The notes beneath the pieces are model-generated. The model was not told the origin of the DNA and searched no databases. It was given only the letters and a program-made list of their open reading frames with translations. Source: Longimicrobiales bacterium (lineage in GTDB: Bacteria > Gemmatimonadota > Gemmatimonadetes > Longimicrobiales > Gaopeijiaceae). From it: DNA of 64,000 nt. Shown one piece after another: positions 12,920 through 22,583 of this stretch. A program made the translations under genes and the position numbers. Location of the stretch: the NCBI GenBank assembly GCA_965197725.1, contig CBDANQ010000049.1, forward strand, positions 11,443 through 75,442. Direction: 5' to 3'. Every line of letters begins with the position of its first letter. Position 1 is the first letter of the stretch.

Positions 12920-13852
12920 CTACTCGGTGTCGTCTGGTCCAGTCAGCACCTTCTCCGTGCCCTCGCCCTCCGCCGCCATACCGATCATTTTTTTCGCCAC
13001 GCTCTGGAGTTGGCTGGATTCCCCGCTGCCGGGCAGGGCCTCCGCAAGCGTTTCGGCAGCGACCTTGAGCGCGCGTGCCTGCGCCTCCTCGCTGGCTGGC
13101 TCACCTGGATCGACGAACGGCTTGAACAACTCGATGGGGATCGGGAAGAGCGTCGTCGAGTTGTTTTCCGCAGCGACCTCAGTCACGGTCTGCAGGAATC
13201 GGAGCTGCATCGCGACGGGGAACTCCTGAATGATCTCAGCGGCTGCCGCGAGCTTGGCAGACGCCTGATACTCACCCTGAGCGTTGATCACCTTCGCGCG
13301 CCGCTCGCGCTCGGCCTCGGCCTGCTTGGCCATGGCCCGCTTCATCTCCTGCGGTAGATCGATATCCTTGACTTCGACGGCAGTGACCTCGATGCCCCAC
13401 GGGTCCGTGCCCTGGTCGATGATCTTACGGACGCTCTCGTTGATCCTGTCCCGTTCGGCGAGCAGCTCATCCAATTCCGACTGGCCGATGACCGAGCGCA
13501 GTGTGGTCTGCGCCAACTGGCTCGTCGCGAAGTAGTAGTCTTCGATCTCGATAACCGCGGTCGTGGGATCGGCGACGCGGAAGTAGACGACCGCGTTCAC
13601 GCGGACGCTCACGTTGTCCTTCGTGATCGTGTCCTGAGGCGCGATGTCCAGTGCCACGATACGCAGGTCCATCTTCTTCATGCGCTCGATGCCCCAGGGC
13701 ACGAGGAAGATGAGCCCGGGGCCCTTGGCGCGGGTGAGCTTCCCGAGCCGAAAGACCACGCCGCGTTCGTATTCCATAAGGATCCTGAGGCTGGTGAGGA
13801 TCGTCACACCGAGGACGGCCGCTGCACCGATCGCAATACTCGCGGGATCCAT
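12920..13852 (-). CDS. Slipin/stomatin (SPFH/band 7) family protein
   Basis: [36 protein letters not shown]. Confidence 0.93.
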   Translation of the reverse strand: MDPASIAIGAAAVLGVTILTSLRILMEYERGVVFRLGKLTRAKGPGLIFLVPWGIERMKKMDLRIVALDIAPQDTITKDNVSVRVNAVVYFRVADPTTAVIEIEDYYFATSQLAQTTLRSVIGQSELDELLAERDRINESVRKIIDQGTDPWGIEVTAVEVKDIDLPQEMKRAMAKQAEAERERRAKVINAQGEYQASAKLAAAAEIIQEFPVAMQLRFLQTVTEVAAENNSTTLFPIPIELFKPFVDPGEPASEEAQARALKVAAETLAEALPGSGESSQLQSVAKKMIGMAAEGEGTEKVLTGPDDTE

Positions 13853-13964
13853 GGATCCTCCGGGCAAAGAGGGAGGGACACCCCTGGATACGGGGATCCT
13901 CGAAAGGCTGTTCATGTCCCGTCGGGAGTGAGCGTCGCAGGCGGAGCAACGCAGCGCAAGCCGG

Positions 13965-13993
13965 TTGACACGACCCCACGGCCAGATCAGCTT
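13965..13993 (+). promoter_or_regulatory. Sigma70-like promoter of the tRNA gene
   Basis: TTGACA-N17-CAGCTT ending 11 bp before the tRNA. Confidence 0.6.
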
Positions 13994-14004
13994 TTTTCCC
14001 CATT

Positions 14005-14078
14005 GCCGGAGTAGCTCAGTTGGTCAGAGCAGCGGAATCATAATCCGCGTGTCGGGGGTTCAAGTCCCTCCTCCGGCA
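14005..14078 (+). tRNA. tRNA-Met (anticodon CAT, elongator type; Ile2 not excluded); CCA not encoded
   Basis: Acceptor GCCGGAG/CTCCGGC, D arm GCTC/GAGC, anticodon stem GCGGA/TCCGC with loop ATCATAA, T loop TTCAAGT. Confidence 0.95.
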
Positions 14079-14099
14079 CTGAGGCGGCGGAAGGACTGC

Positions 14100-14134
14100 C
14101 GGCCTCTCGGGGTTCTCCCGAGGGGCCGCTTTCG
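14100..14134 (+). terminator. Intrinsic terminator-like hairpin after the tRNA
   Basis: CGGCCTCTCGGG/CCCGAGGGGCCG stem (one G-U) followed by CTTT. Confidence 0.6.
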
Positions 14135-14182
14135 TGCCCATTTGTTGCCGATCTGTTGCATGGCGGCGGGGTGACTCCGTCG

Positions 14183-14281
14183 TCAGGCCCCGCCGAGCAT
14201 GGCGTCGAGTGCCTCGGCGGCGCCCTCCTGCGTGTCGGGCAGGCTGGCTGAGTAAACGTCGAGCGTGAAGGCCACAGAGGC
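14183..14281 (-). pseudogene. C-terminal remnant of a tyrosine integrase
   Basis: Manual translation ASVAFTLDVYSASLPDTQEGAAEALDAMLGGA*, matching the box II/catalytic Tyr tail of tyrosine recombinases; upstream LGH and the rest are missing. Confidence 0.8.
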
Positions 14282-14497
14282 CTGCTCGCCCACGTCCGCC
14301 TGCAAGCGCCTCGGTTCCGTCCTAACCGGTCCGGCAGGTCACTTCGGACAGCGAGACAGCGGCCAGCACGACGAGCACGAAGCGGGGCTGTGGCGGCACC
14401 TCACAAATGCGGTGTCTGCCTGCCGTCCCGGCCTGCCCGCTGCCTGGCGATGGGGTGGCGAAAACACCGGCCAAATCCGTCAACCGCGCCCAATCGC

Positions 14498-14519
14498 GCG
14501 GCAACACGGCGGCAACACG
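14498..14519. repeat. Tandem 11-bp repeat (GCGGCAACACG x2), possible integrase arm-type sites
   Basis: Exact tandem; inverted partner TGTTGCCG near 14143-14150. Confidence 0.55.
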
Positions 14520-14565
14520 TCCACTCAGAGCTCTTGTTTTATGCGGGTCCTGAGCCGACCAGCGC

Positions 14566-14650
14566 CAGCCCTTCCGCTCAACGGGCCTCGCGAGAGTGAT
14601 CATCGTGAGCGGGCTGCTCGCGCTGGGGCTGCCGTGGGTGTTGCTGTAGT
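14566..14650. repeat. Imperfect direct repeat, copy 1 (upstream of LRR gene)
   Basis: CAGCCCTTCCGCTC...TCGTGAGCGG...CTGGGGCTGCCGT.GGTGTTGCTGTAGT shared with 15628-15697. Confidence 0.85.
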
Positions 14651-14754
14651 CGCGTTCGGGACCGTCATTACGTAGGGGCGCAGGCCAGCTGTAGACGCCC
14701 AGGACGACCTACCCGACGCCAAGACCTTTAGGCCGTTTGTCAGGAGGGTCTGGA

Positions 14755-15600
14755 ATGAATCGATGTGTACTACGGCTCATCTTCGTCTGTGTTCTTCTCC
14801 CGCTCGGCTGCGGCGACCCCACCGGTCCACGACCCAGCGAGCTTTGCAGCGATCACCCGGACGCGGCCATCGCGACGTTCGAGGATGCTAACCTGGAGGC
14901 AGCGATCCGGGCTGCACTCTCGGTCGGTGCCCAGGAGGATCTCACCTGCGGCCTGGCATCGGCCCTGACGGCCCTGACGGCCCCCAGCGCTTGGCTCGTG
15001 AGCCTGCTTGGGATCCAGAATCTCACGAGCCTGACGTTCCTCGACCTCCGCAGCAACTCGATCACGGACATCAACGCGCTGAGCGGGCTCACGAGCCTGA
15101 CGGTCCTCGGCCTCGGCGGAAACTCGATCACCGATATCAGCGCGTTGAGCGGGCTCACGAGCCTGACGTTCCTCGACCTCTCGAGGAACTCGATCACGGA
15201 CATCAGCCCGCTGAGCGGGCTCACGAGCCTGACGACCCTTTTCCTCGACAACAACTCGATCACCGACATCAGCCCGCTGAGCGGGCTCACGAGCCTGACG
15301 ACCCTTTTCCTCGACAACAACTCGATCACCGACATCAGTCCGCTGAGCGGGCTCACGAGCCTGACGACCCTTTTCCTCGACAACAACTCGATCACCGACA
15401 TCAGCCCGCTGAGCGGGCTCACGAGCCTGACGACGTTATTACTCATGTCCAATCCGGACCTCAGCAACATCCAGCCCCTCTTGGACAACACAGGGCTCGG
15501 GGCCGGCGACGCGGTCTGGCTCAACAGCACGAAGGTGAGCTGCACGGACGCGGCCGCGTTGGAAGCCAAGGGCGTCAGGGTGTCCGACGATTGCTCGTGA
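14755..15600 (+). CDS. Internalin-like leucine-rich repeat lipoprotein
   Basis: SD AGGAGG; signal peptide with lipobox LPLG-C; FEDANLEAAIR cap; 22-aa LRRs LTSLTxLxLxxNSITDISPLSG. Confidence 0.9.
   Translation: MNRCVLRLIFVCVLLPLGCGDPTGPRPSELCSDHPDAAIATFEDANLEAAIRAALSVGAQEDLTCGLASALTALTAPSAWLVSLLGIQNLTSLTFLDLRSNSITDINALSGLTSLTVLGLGGNSITDISALSGLTSLTFLDLSRNSITDISPLSGLTSLTTLFLDNNSITDISPLSGLTSLTTLFLDNNSITDISPLSGLTSLTTLFLDNNSITDISPLSGLTSLTTLLLMSNPDLSNIQPLLDNTGLGAGDAVWLNSTKVSCTDAAALEAKGVRVSDDCS
15022..15483 (+). repeat. 66-bp tandem coding repeats (7 units; three near-identical at 15220-15417)
   Basis: Units start CTCACGAGCCTGACG at 15022, 15088, 15154, 15220, 15286, 15352, 15418. Confidence 0.92.
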
Positions 15601-15627
15601 AGGGCCTTTCCGGCCAGCATCGTCCTT

Positions 15628-15697
15628 CAGCCCTTCCGCTCGATGGGCTTCGTGAGCGGACTTTGCGCCCTGGGGCTGCCGTTGGTGTTGCTGTAGT
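15628..15697. repeat. Imperfect direct repeat, copy 2 (downstream of LRR gene)
   Basis: Aligns to 14566-14650 apart from a ~15-bp indel; internal CAGCCC/GGGCTG and TCCGCTC/GAGCGGA inverted pairs. Confidence 0.85.
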
Positions 15698-15837
15698 GGC
15701 GATTCTGGGCTTCCGAATGGGCTTCTGCATGGCCTACCAACCCGCTCCTAGAACGACGGGCACTTAACTGATTAGCAGGCCACATCCGTCCACGCCTGAC
15801 CCCATAGGTGAACGCCTCGGGCCGGCCGTAGCAGGGA

Positions 15838-17685
15838 TTACGCGGTCGCGCTGACGCCTGCCTCACCTAGCACACGCAGCGCTACGTCGACGCGCCGGCT
15901 GGGGGCGCTGAGGTGGTATCCTTGCACGTGCGGCCGCACCGCTTCGATCATCTCGAGAGCGATGCGCACGCCTTCCTCGAGGGCGGCGTCAGAACCGCTT
16001 TTCTGGGCGCTGCGCATGCGCTCGACGATCTCATCGGGTACGACCACGCCCGGCACCTCGTACGCGAGAAACTCGGCGTTCCGGAGGTTCAGAAAGGGCC
16101 AAATCCCCGCGATGACCGGGATGCTTGCGCTTCCCGCGCGCTCGAGGAATCGCTCGAGTGCTTCCGGGTCGAAGATCGGTTGGGTGACGGCGAAGTCGGC
16201 TCCCGCCTCGACCTTGTATCGGTAGCGCTCGACTTCGCGCTCTTGATCGACCGCGCGAGGATTGGCTGCGACGCCCTGCACGAACTCCGTGGGCGCCCCG
16301 ATCGAGTTGCCGCCCGGATCGATGCCGCGGTTCAGACCGTTCACGACGTTGGTCAGCCCGATGGAGTCGATGTCGAACACTGCGGTCGTGTCCGGATAGG
16401 GACCCTGCGGCAGCGGTTCACCACTGACCAGGAGAACGTTACGAATACCCGCAGCGGCGGCTCCCAGGAGGTCCGAGGTCATGCCGAGCATGTTGCGGTC
16501 CCTGCAGGTGTAGTGAACCAGCGATTCAATGCCGACCTCGTGTTCGACGATCAGCGCGGCGTAGAGAGCACCCATTCGGCTGAGCGATCTCGGGTTGTCC
16601 ACGATCGCCAGCGCATCGACTCCCGCAACCTTCAAGCGCTGGGCGGGCTCGACCAGCGCGACCCGGTCCCAGCCGCGTGGCGGAATGATCTCCACCGACA
16701 CTACCGGCTCCCCCTGAGCCAGTTTGCGGCCCCATGCGGAGCGAACATCGAGGGGTACCGGTTCTCGGGCTGCGTCGACGCCCGCTGCCGCCACGGGCTC
16801 GGCGACAAAGACGTTCTTCGGTTGCAGCGAAGCCACCGCGATCCGGATCTGCTTCACGTGGTCCGGGTTTGTGCCGCAGCACCCCCCCACGAAGCGCACC
16901 CCCGCATCGATCATGCGCTTCGCGTATTGCGCCATGTATTCGGGGCTGGCGAGATACATTTTTCGATCTCGGACGGTACGGGGCAGGCCGGCATTAGGCT
17001 GCGCGACCAGCGGCAAGTTGGTCGCTTCCGCCATCTCCTCGATGGCATCGAGCATGACCGCTGGGCCGACGGAACAGTTCAGGCCGATGACGTCGGCTCC
17101 GAGCTCGGTCAGTTCACGTGCGATCAGCGTCGCGTCGTTTCCGTACGCGGTCTTACCGCCCACCCCCACGGTCATCTGCGCGATGATCGGGAGGTCGGTC
17201 AGGTCTCGCACAGCCGCAACCGCGCACCCGATTTCGCTCATGTCTGAGAACGTCTCGAGCACGAAGCCGTCGACCCCGCCCTCGAGCAGCCCGTTCACCT
17301 GTCTTGTGAAGAGGTCGACCGCCTCTTCACGGGCTGTCGGGCCCCACGGCTCGATGCGAATGCCGAGCGGCCCGATGGCGCCTGCGACGCTTGCGCGATC
17401 GCCCGCGGCGGCTCGCGCCAGCTCGGCTGCCGCCTGGTTGATCTCTTCGGTCTGCTCCGCTAGCCCGTACGACGACAGCTTCACCGGGTTGGCGCCGAAC
17501 GTGTTCGTCTCGAGGATCTCGGCGCCGGCCGAAACATATTCGTCGTGGATCTGACGCACGAGCTCAGGCCGGCGCCTGTTCAGCTCATCGTAGCACACGT
17601 TGACGAACACGCCGCGGCCGTAAAGAAGCGTGCCCATCGCCCCGTCGAATACGTGAACGAGTCCATCGTCAATCAAGGCTCTCAC
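15838..17685 (-). CDS. Bifunctional homocysteine S-methyltransferase / methylenetetrahydrofolate reductase (YitJ-like)
   Basis: [20 protein letters not shown], then MTHFR domain [23 protein letters not shown] overlap with metH stop. Confidence 0.92.
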   Translation of the reverse strand: MRALIDDGLVHVFDGAMGTLLYGRGVFVNVCYDELNRRRPELVRQIHDEYVSAGAEILETNTFGANPVKLSSYGLAEQTEEINQAAAELARAAAGDRASVAGAIGPLGIRIEPWGPTAREEAVDLFTRQVNGLLEGGVDGFVLETFSDMSEIGCAVAAVRDLTDLPIIAQMTVGVGGKTAYGNDATLIARELTELGADVIGLNCSVGPAVMLDAIEEMAEATNLPLVAQPNAGLPRTVRDRKMYLASPEYMAQYAKRMIDAGVRFVGGCCGTNPDHVKQIRIAVASLQPKNVFVAEPVAAAGVDAAREPVPLDVRSAWGRKLAQGEPVVSVEIIPPRGWDRVALVEPAQRLKVAGVDALAIVDNPRSLSRMGALYAALIVEHEVGIESLVHYTCRDRNMLGMTSDLLGAAAAGIRNVLLVSGEPLPQGPYPDTTAVFDIDSIGLTNVVNGLNRGIDPGGNSIGAPTEFVQGVAANPRAVDQEREVERYRYKVEAGADFAVTQPIFDPEALERFLERAGSASIPVIAGIWPFLNLRNAEFLAYEVPGVVVPDEIVERMRSAQKSGSDAALEEGVRIALEMIEAVRPHVQGYHLSAPSRRVDVALRVLGEAGVSATA

Positions 17686-20600
17686 CGCGAGCTTCCTTCC
17701 GGATCGTACCCTAGGTTGGGCGACAACCACTGCTCGGCTTCCGCCACGGTCCACGCTTTCCGCTCGGCGTAATCCTCGACCTGATCACGCCCGATCCTGC
17801 CCACGCCGAAGTACACCGCGTCGGGATGCGACAGATACCAACCGCTCACGGATGCCGTTGGGGTCATCGCGAAGCTTTCGGTGAGTCCGATTCCGAGCGT
17901 GGCATCGACGTCGAGCAGCTCGAACAGCGTGCGCTTCTCGGTATGGTCCGGACACGCGGGGTATCCAGGTGCCGGGCGCACACCTCGGTAGGCTTCCCCG
18001 ACCAGCGCGTCGTACGACAGCCGCTCTTCCGGCGCATATCCCCACAGCTTGCGCCGCACGCGTTCGTGCATGAGCTCGGACAGCGCCTCCGCGAGTCGGT
18101 CGGCGAGCGACTTCACCAGGATCGCGGTGTAGTCGTCGCCGGCGTCCTCCAGCTCACGCGCCATCTCCTCCACCTCGATCCCGGTCGTAACCGCGAAGCC
18201 ACCGATCCAGTCGGGCTTTCCGGAGTCAGCCGGGGCCACGAAGTCGGCTAAACAACGGTTCGTGCGCCCCTCCTTCGCGAACTGTTGGCGGAGGTGGTGG
18301 AGAACGGCGCGGCGTTCTGTACGAGCATCGTCCGTGTAGAGCTCGAGGTCGTCTCCGATCGCGTTGGCCGGGAAAAAACCCACGACGGCGCACGCGCGCA
18401 CGCGTCGCTCCGCGACGAGCCTGTCCAGCAGTGACTCGGCATCCCCGAGGAGGATACGCGCTTGCTCTCCGACGACCCCGTCATCGAGAATGGCGGGATA
18501 CTTGCCTGCCAACTCCCACGCTTGGAAGAACGGCGTCCAATCGATGTATTCCCGCAACTCCGCGATCTCCACGTCGAAGACGTGAACCCCCGGCCGTGAC
18601 GGTGCAGGTGGGTCGTATGACTCCCAGTCCAGCGCCTCGGACCGCGCCCGCGCGACCGCGATCGGGAGCAATTCCGTGCGCGCGGCGTGCGCGGCTCGGC
18701 GCTCGCGTTCGGCTTCGTGACCAGCCCGCATTTCAGCGACAAACGCGTCTCGACGTTCGTCGTCGAGCAGGGCCGAGACGACCCCGACCGCTCGGGAGGC
18801 GTCCAGCACGTGAACGGTAGTGCCGTCATAGTTGTGCTCGATTTTCACGGCGGTGTGGGCTTTGGACGTCGTCGCGCCTCCGATCAGCAGCGGGGCGTGG
18901 AATCCGGTCCTTTGCATCTCCTGGGCGACGTGCACCATTTGGCCGAGCGAAGGCGTGATCAGTCCGGACAGACCGATCACGTCGACAGCCTCCGCTCGCG
19001 CGGTCTCCAAGATACGTTCGGCGGGCACCATCACCCCGAGATCGACCACCGCGTAGCCGTTACACTGCAGCACGACGCCCACGATGTTCTTGCCGATGTC
19101 GTGCACGTCCCCCTTCACCGTGGCGAGCAGGACCTTGCCTTTGGCGGTCGTGCCTGTCTTCTCGGCTTCCAGGAACGGGAGGAGACATGCCACCGCCTTC
19201 TTCATGACGCGCGCGCTCTTCACGACCTGTGGCAAGAACATGCGTCCGCTCCCGAACAGGTCGCCGACGACGTTCATGCCGTCCATGAGCGGTCCTTCAA
19301 TCACGTCGAGCGCTCGGGGCAGCTTTTGGCGCGCCTCCTCCGCGTCCTCTTCGACGAATTGATCGATGCCCTGGACGAGCGCGTGCGACAGCCGCTCGTG
19401 CACGTCCAGCTCCCGCCAGGTCAGATCCTCCTGTCTGCGACGCTCCGTGGTGCCCCTCCGTTCGAGAGCGAGCTGAGTGAGTACCTCCGTCGCCCCCTGA
19501 GATCGCGCGAAGAGAACGTCCTCCACGGGCTCGAGCAGGTCGGCCGGAATCTCGTCATAGACGGGTAGGGCACCCGCGTTCACGATGCCCATGTCGAGTC
19601 CGGCGTCGATGGCGTGGTAGAGGAAGGAGGCGTGCATCGCCTCTCTCACCTCCGGGCTGCCCCGGAACGAGAACGAAACGTTGCTGATGCCCCCGCTCGT
19701 CAGCGCGTGGGGACACGCCTGCTTGATTCGCCGCACCGCCTCGATGAACCGGATCGCGTACTGGTCGTGCTCTTCGATTCCTGTCGCGACCGCGAAGACA
19801 TTGGCGTCGAAAATGACGTCCTCGGGAAGGAAGCCCTCTTCGTCCACGAGGATCCGATACGCACGCTCGCAGATCTCCACCTTGCGCTCGAGAGTGTCCG
19901 CCTGACCCTCCTCGTCGAACGCCATGACGACGGCGGCGGCGCCGTAGCGCCGCACGGCGCGCGCGCGTTCGCGGAACGCGTCCTCGCCGTCCTTCAGCGA
20001 GATCGAATTCACGACTCCTTTGCCCTGAAGCGTCTTGAGGCCGGCTTCGATCACGTCCCAGTCGGAGGAGTCGACCATCACGGGGACGCGGGCGATTTCC
20101 GGCTCCGACGCGAGTAGGTTGAGGAAGCGCGGCATCGCAGCGGCTCCGTCGAGCAGTCCCTCGTCCATGTTCACGTCGATGATCTGCGCTCCACCTTGAA
20201 CCTGCTGACGCGCGACCTCGACCGCGGCTCCATGGTCACCCTCCTTGATGAGGCTAGCGAATCGCCTGGAGCCCGAGACGTTGGTGCGTTCGCCGACGTT
20301 GACGAACAGCGAGTCCGGACCGATCGTCAGCGGCTCGAGCCCGGAGAGCCGGGTTCGCTGGGGCGGCTCCGGCACCTGGCGTGGCGCGCGCCCCGCGACG
20401 GTCTCCGCGATCGCCCGGATGTGGTCTGGGGTCGTCCCGCAGCAGCCGCCCACGATGTTCAGGAAACCCGCGTCCACGAAGTCGGAGGTCACACTCGCCA
20501 TGTGGTCCGGGGTGTCGTCGTACTCGCCAAACTCGTTCGGAAGCCCCGCGTTGGGGTAGCAGCTGATCGGTAACCGTGCCACGTCGGACAGCTCTTCCAG

Positions 20601-21407
20601 ATGCGGTCGCAGCTGGTCGATCCCGAGCGCGCAATTGAGCCCCACGCTGAGGAGTCCGGTGTCGCGTCCCGGTCCCGGGTGCACGCCGTGAGCGACCGCG
20701 TTGTAGAACGCCTCGGGCGTCTGGCCGGAGAGTGTACGCCCGCTCTGGTCGGTGATCGTGCCGGACATCATGACCGGCGTGTCGACGGCCGACTCGGCGA
20801 GCACGAGCGAGAGGGCGTACAGCGCCGCCTTGGCGTTCAGCGTGTCAAAGGCGGTCTCGACCATGAGGATGTCGACGCCGCCCTCGAGCAGGCCACGCCC
20901 CTGCTCCTGGTACGCCTGCATGAGCTCGTCGAAGGTGACGTTGCGCGCGCCGGGGTCACCGACGTCGGGCGAGAGGGACGCCGTGCGGTTCGTGGGGCCG
21001 AGCGCGCCGACAACCCAGCGGGTGCGAGACGGGTCGCGCGCCTCGGCCTCGTCAGCGGCCTCGCGGGCGAGCTGGGCGGCGGCGCGGTTGAGCTCACGCG
21101 CGCGCTCTTCGAGTCCGTAGTCCGCGAGCGAGATCCTGTTCGCGCTGAAGGTGTTGGTCTCGATCAGGTCGGCGCCCGCCTGCAGGTACTCGGCGTGGAT
21201 GCCGCGAATCAAGGCGGGCTGCGTGAGGCACAGAAGGTCATTGGCTCCGAAGAGGGCAGTGTCGGTATCCGCGAAGCGCTGACCCCGAAAATCCTCCTCG
21301 CTGAGCTCGTGGCGCTGAATCATCGTGCCCATCGCGCCGTCGAGGACGAGGATCCTGCGCTGCAACTCTTCCCGCATCAAACGGACCCGGCCTGCGGATG
21401 ACGCCAT
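17682..21407 (-). CDS. metH: B12-dependent methionine synthase
   Basis: [43 protein letters not shown]. Confidence 0.97.
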   Translation of the reverse strand: MASSAGRVRLMREELQRRILVLDGAMGTMIQRHELSEEDFRGQRFADTDTALFGANDLLCLTQPALIRGIHAEYLQAGADLIETNTFSANRISLADYGLEERARELNRAAAQLAREAADEAEARDPSRTRWVVGALGPTNRTASLSPDVGDPGARNVTFDELMQAYQEQGRGLLEGGVDILMVETAFDTLNAKAALYALSLVLAESAVDTPVMMSGTITDQSGRTLSGQTPEAFYNAVAHGVHPGPGRDTGLLSVGLNCALGIDQLRPHLEELSDVARLPISCYPNAGLPNEFGEYDDTPDHMASVTSDFVDAGFLNIVGGCCGTTPDHIRAIAETVAGRAPRQVPEPPQRTRLSGLEPLTIGPDSLFVNVGERTNVSGSRRFASLIKEGDHGAAVEVARQQVQGGAQIIDVNMDEGLLDGAAAMPRFLNLLASEPEIARVPVMVDSSDWDVIEAGLKTLQGKGVVNSISLKDGEDAFRERARAVRRYGAAAVVMAFDEEGQADTLERKVEICERAYRILVDEEGFLPEDVIFDANVFAVATGIEEHDQYAIRFIEAVRRIKQACPHALTSGGISNVSFSFRGSPEVREAMHASFLYHAIDAGLDMGIVNAGALPVYDEIPADLLEPVEDVLFARSQGATEVLTQLALERRGTTERRRQEDLTWRELDVHERLSHALVQGIDQFVEEDAEEARQKLPRALDVIEGPLMDGMNVVGDLFGSGRMFLPQVVKSARVMKKAVACLLPFLEAEKTGTTAKGKVLLATVKGDVHDIGKNIVGVVLQCNGYAVVDLGVMVPAERILETARAEAVDVIGLSGLITPSLGQMVHVAQEMQRTGFHAPLLIGGATTSKAHTAVKIEHNYDGTTVHVLDASRAVGVVSALLDDERRDAFVAEMRAGHEAERERRAAHAARTELLPIAVARARSEALDWESYDPPAPSRPGVHVFDVEIAELREYIDWTPFFQAWELAGKYPAILDDGVVGEQARILLGDAESLLDRLVAERRVRACAVVGFFPANAIGDDLELYTDDARTERRAVLHHLRQQFAKEGRTNRCLADFVAPADSGKPDWIGGFAVTTGIEVEEMARELEDAGDDYTAILVKSLADRLAEALSELMHERVRRKLWGYAPEERLSYDALVGEAYRGVRPAPGYPACPDHTEKRTLFELLDVDATLGIGLTESFAMTPTASVSGWYLSHPDAVYFGVGRIGRDQVEDYAERKAWTVAEAEQWLSPNLGYDPEGSSR

Positions 21408-21420
21408 TGATCCCTCTACA

Positions 21421-21454
21421 ACAAAAGGCCCCTCGCGACAGTGCGCGACGGGGC
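21421..21454 (-). terminator. Intrinsic terminator in the metH leader
   Basis: Minus strand GCCCCgTCGCG-cactgt-CGCGAGGGGC followed by CTTTTGTT. Confidence 0.7.
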
Positions 21455-21459
21455 GTCGG

Positions 21460-21530
21460 TCTTTTAGCTCGTTCGCGGGCTCGTCACACCGGGCGAGTCC
21501 CGCGGGCCGCAATACACCTCAAATCGCCCC
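21460..21530 (-). promoter_or_regulatory. Candidate SAM-II (long-loop type) riboswitch
   Basis: Minus strand GGGC-GATTTGAGGTGTATTGCG-GCCC ... inserted hairpin ... GAGCTAAAAG; directly upstream of metH. Confidence 0.72.
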
Positions 21531-21545
21531 AGATTTACTCACAAG

Positions 21546-21574
21546 AAGCTAGCGTCGGTCACGAGGAGCGCCAA
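21546..21574 (-). promoter_or_regulatory. Sigma70-like promoter for the metH leader
   Basis: TTGGCG-N17-TAGCTT; predicted start about 10 nt before the aptamer. Confidence 0.5.
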
Positions 21575-21648
21575 GTTGACATGGCGCGCGACCCGCTCGC
21601 GTTCCATCGTTCGCGAACAAAGCCACCCAACACCACACGAAACGACGC

Positions 21649-22548
21649 ATGAAGCGCTGGCCGCCCCGACCCAGTCTCGGCACTTCGTTCTACAAGGCAC
21701 ACGGTTTAGGGAACGACTACCTGGTCTTCCGGGAGGGTTCGGCTTGGTCGGCGACTCCCGAGGCGGTCGAGGCGGTGTGCGATCGGCACCGGGGTGTCGG
21801 TTCAGACGGGGTCGTGGCGCTTCTCGCGGCCCACGATCTCGACGGAATACGGCTGCGCATGTTCAACCCCGACGGCAGCGAGTTCGAGCGCAGCGGGAAT
21901 GGCCTGCGGGTCCTCGCGTCCTACCTCGCGCGGGAGGGCCTCGTGGGCGAGGCGTCCTTCGCGGTGGAGGTCGGTGGGGCTCAGATCGAGATGACCGTCC
22001 ACGGCGTTCGGGGAGCCACATACGATGTCTCGGTCGACATGGGGCGGTGTCGCGTCGGGCCCGAAGCCGTCGGTCTGGAAGCGAGCGCACTCGACGAGCG
22101 GGGGGGGCTCACCGGCCCGAATGGCGTGCCGCTTCACGTCGTCCCGGTCTCGGTGGGCAATCCACACCTGGTCACGCTCGTGCCCGACCCCACCGAAGAG
22201 CTACTCGAGAGTCTCGGCCCCTTCCTGGTATCCCACCCCGCTCTGAGCGATGGAGCGAACGTACAACTCGCGACACCGCTCGGTCCCGGCCGCGTGCGCG
22301 CGCTCATCTGGGAGCGGGGCGTGGGGCGCACCAGTGCTTCGGGCACTAGCGCGTGCGCGGTTGCGGTCGCGGCGGTGGCTGAAGGGCTCGTGGAAGCGGG
22401 CGACGTCACGGTGGAGATGTCCGGTGGCTCGCTGGTCGTATCGGTGAACTCCGGGTACGACACCGTTCTGCGCGGGCCGGTCGAAGAAGTGCTGAGCGGC
22501 GCACTGGCGACAGCGTGGGTCTCGAGGTTTGGGACGCCTACAAGCTAG
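21649..22548 (+). CDS. dapF: Diaminopimelate epimerase
   Basis: KAHGLGNDY, GVGSDG, FNPDGSEFERSGNG, VGNPH, WERGVGRTSASGTSAC (Ser at the usual Cys positions). Confidence 0.88.
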   Translation: MKRWPPRPSLGTSFYKAHGLGNDYLVFREGSAWSATPEAVEAVCDRHRGVGSDGVVALLAAHDLDGIRLRMFNPDGSEFERSGNGLRVLASYLAREGLVGEASFAVEVGGAQIEMTVHGVRGATYDVSVDMGRCRVGPEAVGLEASALDERGGLTGPNGVPLHVVPVSVGNPHLVTLVPDPTEELLESLGPFLVSHPALSDGANVQLATPLGPGRVRALIWERGVGRTSASGTSACAVAVAAVAEGLVEAGDVTVEMSGGSLVVSVNSGYDTVLRGPVEEVLSGALATAWVSRFGTPTS

Positions 22549-22583
22549 TAAGCTGCGAACATTGACCAAGGGGACACCCTCGG

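Noticed and set aside
15022..15483. 66-bp periodic repeats as a CRISPR array
   Set aside because: In-frame coding LRR units without unique spacers; no cas genes in the window.
14755..15600. LRR variation as a diversity-generating retroelement target
   Set aside because: No reverse transcriptase or template repeat in the window; differences are not adenine-specific.
14566..15697. Flanking repeats as integron attC sites
   Set aside because: No RYYYAAC/GTTRRRY cores and no intI; kept only as cassette-like.
21576..21604. TTGACA as the dapF promoter
   Set aside because: No plausible -10 element at 16-18 bp spacing.
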